Positions 63,396 through 64,000 of a stretch of 64,000 nucleotides of DNA are shown piece by piece. The notes below the pieces were generated by a model. It was not told where the DNA came from and did not search any database. It worked only from the letters and a program-made list of their open reading frames with translations. Both the position numbers and the translations under genes were made by a program. Each line of letters opens with the position of its first letter. Within the stretch, counting starts at the first letter, position 1. This DNA comes from Callorhinchus milii (Eukaryota). The stretch covers positions 14,014,001 through 14,078,000 of the forward strand of contig NW_024704742.1 of assembly GCF_018977255.1 (NCBI RefSeq), given 5' to 3'.

Positions 63396-64000
63396 AATGG
63401 TATACATGGGTATCTAAGAATTGTATCTATGGGTATCTCTGTGTTATCGATTGATGTCTTTGAGTGTGCTATACAAATACCTGATTAACTGCCATCACTG
63501 CTACTTTCCTGGAGCACTGAATTGTGGAGCCAAGTTTTGGATGCTTTTTTAATAGCAAAATGCAGCATGTAAAAATGGGTTTCATCTTTAATGAAAATAT
63601 TGTCATGATTCTTGCTGGTAGGACTTTCCACATATCAGAGTGTTCCAACATATTGTACAGATTCGGTAACAGACTACCTATGTTGAGTTAAAAACATGGA
63701 AATGAAGGATGTACATTGTGAGAAAGAAATAGCTGAATGATTTTTGTTTAATCAGCTACGTATATCATCCTTTCTGGTATTAAATTATTGAACCCTCAGT
63801 AATTGCTTTGTCTTCCTGTACAGATTGATATTAACAGGTTCATTCAAGTCGACAATTCACCACATTTGCTTCTCATGTTGAGGAGGGAATGTGATCATGT
63901 TACTGTGATGACAAAGTGAGCAGTCGTAGAGATCTCACAGAGAAAATGCAAATGTGATTTATATCTTGGTGCCTCCTGTTTTCATAAAACTATGAGCACA

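Noticed and set aside
63824..63915. Possible plus-strand exon cctgtacag|...|gtgagc
   Set aside because: The peptide is unrecognised and cannot be supported from sequence alone.

Overview
This is repeat-dense vertebrate DNA, intergenic or intronic, with no recognisable host protein-coding exon, rRNA, genuine tRNA or CRISPR array. The repeat complement suggests a cartilaginous fish, possibly a holocephalan; this is inference from family recognition, not a database result. The window holds many L2 (LINE-2) copies, one of them near full length with a decayed endonuclease-RT ORF (46.1-49.5 kb), CR1 copies, a young tRNA-Ala-derived SINE with an L2-type tail, and older Deu-domain SINEs. It also holds an internally deleted Tc1/mariner element with nested insertions (24720-26731), a non-autonomous Helitron (about 51760-52498), and a TSD-flanked Penelope fragment carrying a degenerate hammerhead ribozyme (41336-41801). 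The most notable observation is two related CR1 copies (38.9-41.3 kb and 55.6-56.9 kb). They share a 3' extension beyond the CR1 microsatellite that in one copy ends in an L2-type tail, and both are consistent with one RT-core-deleted template. This suggests a non-autonomous CR1/L2 chimera mobilised in trans. A long, unidentified SINE-like family is present in at least 7 fragments. Boundaries of old repeats are approximate (tens of bp).
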